Source of the DNA: an uncultured virus (IMG/VR IMGVR_UViG_3300048926_000232)
Taxonomy: Duplodnaviria > Heunggongvirae > Uroviricota > Caudoviricetes
Strand: one strand, 5' to 3'
DNA: 20,000 nt
Virus record (IMG/VR): IMGVR_UViG_3300048926_000232
Below the pieces are notes generated by a model. The model was not told where the DNA came from, searched no databases, and saw only the letters and a list, made by a program, of their open reading frames with translations. This document shows positions 15,672-20,000 of this stretch, in pieces. How positions within the stretch are numbered: position 1 is the stretch's first letter; every line of letters starts with the position of its first letter. The position numbers and the translations under genes are program-made.

Positions 15672-16336
15672 AAACCAAAACCGTCTGGCGCGAATTGTTC
15701 GACATGCCGCCGGAAATCGCCGGCCTGCCGCGCGACAAACGCGGCTACCCGATTCCGGCCTTCGTCGAGTACGTCAAGGGCGAGCCCGATTTCCGGATCA
15801 TGAAGCTTAGGCATCTGATCCGCTGCATAAAGCAGAACGTTTGCTGGATATGCGGAATGAAGATGGGCAAGCGTAAATGGTTCACGATTGGCCCCATGTG
15901 CTGCATAAACCGGGTTTCGGCCGAACCGCCCTCACACCGGCTTTGCGCTCAATTCGCCGTCAAGAATTGCCCGTTCCTTGCCCGGCCCATGGCAAAGCGC
16001 AACGAACGCGACATGGACGAACTCGGCGCCGTTCAGGCCGGCATAGGCATAGACCGGAACCCCGGCGTAGCCGCGATATGGGAAACCCGCGACTACAAGC
16101 TGTTTCAAGCCGGAGACGGTTGGCTCTTTGAAATCGGCGAACCCAAGAACGTTTCGTTCTGGCGGGAGGGCCGCACGGCCACCCGCACCGAAATTCTGGA
16201 ATCGGTTCGCACCGGCCTGCCGTTTCTGCAGGAAGCCGCCGAAACGGACGGGGAACCCGGCTTGCGGGCGCTTGTAGAGCAGACCAACCGTTTCCGCGCC
16301 TTGGTTCTGGATAAATGGGCGCCGGGCCATGACTGA
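15656..16336 (+). CDS. Phage Cys/His-rich hypothetical protein
   Basis: RGYPIPAFV, CWICG, IGPMC..NRVSAEPPSH..CA.FA..CPFL. Confidence 0.8.
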   Translation: MDKELKTKTVWRELFDMPPEIAGLPRDKRGYPIPAFVEYVKGEPDFRIMKLRHLIRCIKQNVCWICGMKMGKRKWFTIGPMCCINRVSAEPPSHRLCAQFAVKNCPFLARPMAKRNERDMDELGAVQAGIGIDRNPGVAAIWETRDYKLFQAGDGWLFEIGEPKNVSFWREGRTATRTEILESVRTGLPFLQEAAETDGEPGLRALVEQTNRFRALVLDKWAPGHD

Positions 16337-16502
16337 CAAACCGGACCCGAAACCGATCCCGGCAGACGCCAAGCGCAAGGCAACCATGCAACTGCGCTTC
16401 AAGGGCGGCAGGCTGCAACAACGGTTCCTGATCGAGGAAAAGAAAGCCACCTATTACCGTTGGCTTGACGTGCCGGCCGTCGCGCCCGACGCCGAGGATT
16501 GA
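16329..16502 (+). CDS. Small hypothetical protein (57 aa, not in ORF track)
   Basis: MTDKPDP...LRFKGGRLQQRF...RWLDVP; fills the gap between flanking genes. Confidence 0.65.
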   Translation: MTDKPDPKPIPADAKRKATMQLRFKGGRLQQRFLIEEKKATYYRWLDVPAVAPDAED

Positions 16503-16506
16503 GCCC

Positions 16507-18009
16507 ATGGCAGCGAACCGTTTCAGAACGCCGGTCAAGGCCTATGGGTTTGTCACCCATGAGGAAGAAATGAAGCTGCAGGACCACGTGGATATGTGGA
16601 TCAAGCGGGCCTTTCGAACCGACCCGATAGACCCGGCGGAAGCCGTCGCGTCAATCCAAGCCCTGTATGCGGCGGCGAAGCTCAAATTCACGCCGCGCGT
16701 TGTCATAGCCCCGTCGCCCTTGGCCGGCGCGTTCATTTACGGCGCCGCCGCCGCCGCCTGGCATCGCCTGGAATATCCCGGCGGCTCGGATTCAATCGGC
16801 ACGTACAACACCCGCAAGGCGGCCGAAGAGACGGACAAGCGGTTGAAAGATTCGCTTTTGGACACGGCCACGAGAGCCACCCAAAACGCTACCGGCACGC
16901 TGGAATTCAACCCATGGAATCCGGACGAACCGAAGCCGACACGAAGCCGGCGGCATGAATCGGTAAGCGAAAAAATGCGCAACCATGCGCAGCGGGTAAT
17001 TCAGCGCGGCTTGGGTGAGGTGATAGCCCAAGGCCTGCTAGCCACGATCAGCACGGCGCCGCCGAAAAAGCGCCGAACGAAGAAGCCGAACAATGAGGCG
17101 GTTCGGGCCGCCGAACGGCAGTTGATTACGGCGCTGCAGGACGCAATCCGGGCCTCGGCCTTCGCTACCGACGAAAATTTGCAGCGCGGCGTGCCGACAT
17201 TGGGAGGCGAGCAGCCGCAAGCCCATAACACGGCGAAGGCCATGATTTCCGCCGCCGTCCAGATTGGCAGTACCGGCTTTTACGACACGCTCGAAAGCGC
17301 CTATGCAAATGCCTGTTTCGAAATCGCCGGTACGCTCGGCATAGAGTGCGCCCGGCAATGGTCCTATGCCTGCCAAGGCGGCAACACGTGGGCCGCGTTC
17401 GAATGTTTCGTTAGCGGCATGCGCGACGTTATCGGTTTGCGGCTCCCGGAATATGAGGCATTCGCCGCATGGGAACGCGCCGCGCTTGCCGGCCATATCC
17501 GGTTTTGCCACGAGAACTTTTGCGTGGTTTCGGATTTCCCGGAATTCATCAAGACCGACGAACAGGGCCGCGCCCATTGCGACAACGGCCCGTCGCACCG
17601 CTACCGCGACGGATGGGCCTTGTATAATTGGCACGGCACGCCGGTTCCCGAACAATGGATTGACGAAAAGCATTTGTTGACGGCCGGCGAGGCGTTGACG
17701 TGGCCCAACGTCGAACAGCGGCGCGCCGCGTGCGAGATACTCGGTTGGGCGAATATCCTGCAGCAACTTGACGCCAAGGTGATTGACGATGACCGCGACC
17801 CGGAAATCGGGCAGTTGCTTGCGGTCAATTTGCCCGGCGTTCCGGGCTTTGCCAACACGATACCGGCGCGCTTCCTTCGCGTCCGTTGCGGCACCGGCCG
17901 CGATTTCTGCATTTGCGTTCCGACGAACATGCAAACCGCAATCCAGGCTCAAGCGTGGATGATCGGACTCGACCCCGAACAATTCAAACGACCGGAAGTG
18001 CGGGCATAA
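16507..18009 (+). CDS. DUF6745-domain protein
   Basis: HCDNGPSHRYRDGWALYNWHGTPVP, NVEQRRAACEILGW, RVRCGTGRDFCICVP, AQAW. Confidence 0.8.
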   Translation: MAANRFRTPVKAYGFVTHEEEMKLQDHVDMWIKRAFRTDPIDPAEAVASIQALYAAAKLKFTPRVVIAPSPLAGAFIYGAAAAAWHRLEYPGGSDSIGTYNTRKAAEETDKRLKDSLLDTATRATQNATGTLEFNPWNPDEPKPTRSRRHESVSEKMRNHAQRVIQRGLGEVIAQGLLATISTAPPKKRRTKKPNNEAVRAAERQLITALQDAIRASAFATDENLQRGVPTLGGEQPQAHNTAKAMISAAVQIGSTGFYDTLESAYANACFEIAGTLGIECARQWSYACQGGNTWAAFECFVSGMRDVIGLRLPEYEAFAAWERAALAGHIRFCHENFCVVSDFPEFIKTDEQGRAHCDNGPSHRYRDGWALYNWHGTPVPEQWIDEKHLLTAGEALTWPNVEQRRAACEILGWANILQQLDAKVIDDDRDPEIGQLLAVNLPGVPGFANTIPARFLRVRCGTGRDFCICVPTNMQTAIQAQAWMIGLDPEQFKRPEVRA

Positions 18010-18041
18010 GGCCCGCGCCGGGAAAACAGGAGCAAGTAGCC

Positions 18042-18428
18042 ATGAAGACGTTCAGACGTTGCGCCGCTCAAGGGGAAATTACCTTGATACGCATCGGCGA
18101 TCTGCCGCCGAAAGCGGCAGACGAATATTACGACTTTGGCCCGGCGTGGAGAAAGCGCGCGCCCGAGAACGGCCACATGATTATCGGCCATTCCGAAACC
18201 GGGCATCATCATGTCATGGACCGCAATGTGACGGTTGGCGTTCTGACAAAGAACGTCCCGGCAGGCATGGAAATATTGCGGCTGATTGTCGAAAGCCCGA
18301 CGCCGATTATTCATCTTCGGGATCACGACACGCACGAGTCGATCATGCTCGACCCCGGCGTTTATGAGGCGCGGATTGCCCGCGAATTCGACCCCTACGG
18401 CGACATAGCGCGCCGCGTGGCCGACTGA
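18042..18428 (+). CDS. His-rich small partner of the DUF6745 protein
   Basis: AGGAG RBS; QGEI, HSETGHHH, HLRDHDTH..I.LDPGVY, REFDP...RRVAD. Confidence 0.8.
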   Translation: MKTFRRCAAQGEITLIRIGDLPPKAADEYYDFGPAWRKRAPENGHMIIGHSETGHHHVMDRNVTVGVLTKNVPAGMEILRLIVESPTPIIHLRDHDTHESIMLDPGVYEARIAREFDPYGDIARRVAD

Positions 18429-18442
18429 GAGGCGGGCAGGCC

Positions 18443-18799
18443 GTGGGAACGCTCATAACCTTTGAGTATCTTTTCGTTGACGGCCGGGTAACCCCCGGCC
18501 GCTCGGAATTCCCATGCCAAGGAATCGAGTCGCCGGAATGGTTTCTGCACCTCCGCAATCTTTGGCGGGAACTGGCCGGCGATTGCGTGCTTGAGCGCGT
18601 CAACGTGTTTCACGATGGGCGCTATACAGACATGCTTGTAGACGAATGCGGCAGGCTTAAACGCTTGGCGCTGAACAGCAAGGCGACTGTGATTTATCGC
18701 AATAATGTGCAGGTTCATGAACCGAACCCGCCGCCGCCGCGAACCATGCCGGCAATCTATGGGCCGGCGCTTCTATTTCATCAAAAAGTTTGGTTCTGA
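18443..18799 (+). CDS. DUF3846-like hypothetical protein
   Basis: MLVDECGRLKRLALNSKAT...IYGPALLF. Confidence 0.65.
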   Translation: MGTLITFEYLFVDGRVTPGRSEFPCQGIESPEWFLHLRNLWRELAGDCVLERVNVFHDGRYTDMLVDECGRLKRLALNSKATVIYRNNVQVHEPNPPPPRTMPAIYGPALLFHQKVWF

Positions 18800-18812
18800 G
18801 GCCCCAAAAGAG

Positions 18813-18836
18813 GCCGGCGCCGTTCTGCGCGCCGGC
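18813..18836. terminator. Intergenic stem-loop
   Basis: GCCGGCGC pairs with GCGCCGGC, 8-nt loop. Confidence 0.45.
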
Positions 18837-18869
18837 TTAGGTGGCCTCTTGGGAGTGGCAGGAGAAACG

Positions 18870-20000
18870 ATGAACAACGTAGCACGTATTCACGAGATTT
18901 TGGCACAAACTTGCACGGAGTACCGCAAGGGCGCCGCCATGGTCGAACGCAACCCCGAGGGCGGAATCCGTTCCGTCGAATTTTTCAACATGCCCGCCGC
19001 GCCAACCGAAGGGAACGCGGGCGAAGATTTGATCGACATGCATTTCATTATCGTAGGCGTTGACCGCGAACCGGCGAAATCTATCCGGGACGAGCTTTTC
19101 GGCCTGCTTCAGCCGGCCCGCGACATGCTGGACGCGGGCGCAAGCTATATCACCATAGGCGACTGGTTGGGCGAGCAGAACGCCGCCCTTTGTCTCATGG
19201 CCTTGGGCTCGCACCTGGAATTCTGGCGAATCGTCACCCCGGCAACCCTTGGGTTCGAGGGCAGATATGCCGACCATGTGGCCGGGGTTGGTTACCTGTT
19301 CGTGTCCGGTTTCCGTTCTGCCAACGGGGAGCCGGAAGACGACGCACGGCCAGAGGATGACGAAAGCGGGGAAATCGACGCGCCCGCCGACGCCATGGAA
19401 CCCCCTGATGTGCAAACCGTGGACCGGGAGCGGGCGCTTGCCCAAATCGCGGCCCACGGCGTTTTTACCATGTGCCTCGATTGGTTGGCGCTCCTGAACG
19501 ACGCCGAACGCGGGCGCATTCACAATGCCAAGGGCGAAATAAGCCTAGCCCTCGACGCCGCCGCGCTCTTGGTTGCGCAAAGCCTGCACAACATGAGCGA
19601 AACCGCGCATTCCGATGTGCAGCTAGCCAATCTGTTTTCGCTGCGCATGGGTTACCACCTTGGCCGGATTCGCCGTGCCGCCCAACCGGACTCGCCGCTT
19701 TTCCCGGACGTAACCGGCGAGACAGTGGACGGCGAAGGCGAGCGCATTGTGGTGATATGCCCGCACTGTCAAACGGCGCATGACGCGCAAACCATGGTTG
19801 GCCGGCGGGGCGAACCGGCGCACCGGATCGGCAACGGCGACGTGTCCGTTTGCTTCAATTGCGGCGAAATCGGCATTTTTGACGACAGCGCGCCGGGCAT
19901 GCTGCGCAAGCCTAATGGAATGGAATTGGGCAATATCGAGGCCAACCCCGAGGTGAAGAGGGCGCTTGAAGCGTGGCGCACCGCCAAGGCCATTCGCAAG
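18870..20000 (+). CDS. Multi-domain hypothetical protein, runs off the window (not in ORF track)
   Basis: AGGAG RBS; 377 open codons by manual translation, MNNVARIHEIL...; DMHF, SYITIGDWLGEQ, acidic linker, CPHC...CFNC. Confidence 0.8.
   Translation, partial: MNNVARIHEILAQTCTEYRKGAAMVERNPEGGIRSVEFFNMPAAPTEGNAGEDLIDMHFIIVGVDREPAKSIRDELFGLLQPARDMLDAGASYITIGDWLGEQNAALCLMALGSHLEFWRIVTPATLGFEGRYADHVAGVGYLFVSGFRSANGEPEDDARPEDDESGEIDAPADAMEPPDVQTVDRERALAQIAAHGVFTMCLDWLALLNDAERGRIHNAKGEISLALDAAALLVAQSLHNMSETAHSDVQLANLFSLRMGYHLGRIRRAAQPDSPLFPDVTGETVDGEGERIVVICPHCQTAHDAQTMVGRRGEPAHRIGNGDVSVCFNCGEIGIFDDSAPGMLRKPNGMELGNIEANPEVKRALEAWRTAKAIRK

Larger units (their letters stand above)
1..20000. mobile_element. 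Temperate phage/prophage early region (lambdoid organisation), probable alphaproteobacterial host
   Basis: Divergent repressor/Cro pair, Bet, Xis-like HTH, RuvC-like resolvase, DUF1376 initiator and orphan methyltransferases; genes tightly packed with ATGA overlaps; no housekeeping genes. Confidence 0.95.

Noticed and set aside
17038..17982. Long antisense ORFs (this one, and 6895-7761, 3714-4472, 13633-14436, 12031-12780, 18837-19523)
   Set aside because: They shadow well-supported genes on the opposite strand in GC-rich DNA and show no motifs

Overview
This window is the early (immunity, recombination, replication) region of a lambdoid-like temperate phage or prophage. The host is most likely an alphaproteobacterium (Rhizobiales-type), inferred from a CtrA box, a CTTG-N17-CTA promoter and the gene content. 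A divergent XRE repressor/Cro-like switch at ~7.4-8.5 kb separates two arms. The leftward arm carries a YkgJ-type Cys-cluster gene, a two-gene secreted Gly/Ser-rich cassette, a coiled-coil gene, TerB, Bet, a Zn-finger gene, a stand-alone CapW-like HTH, a NinB-like gene, Xis/AlpA and a TGT/DpdA-like gene. The rightward arm carries an MT-A70 methyltransferase, a GapR/RMF-like gene, a RuvC-like resolvase, a C5 methyltransferase with a nested alternative-frame subunit, a NinC/PAPS-reductase-like gene, a DUF1376 initiator with probable ori repeats, a DUF6745 gene pair and hypotheticals. The most notable item is a self-contained unit at ~5.27-6.71 kb: CtrA box, sigma70 promoter with a putative repressor operator, ~190-nt leader, two secreted low-complexity proteins and an intrinsic terminator. 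It occupies the position lambda gives to gene N. Family assignments come from motif recognition only; no database search was run.
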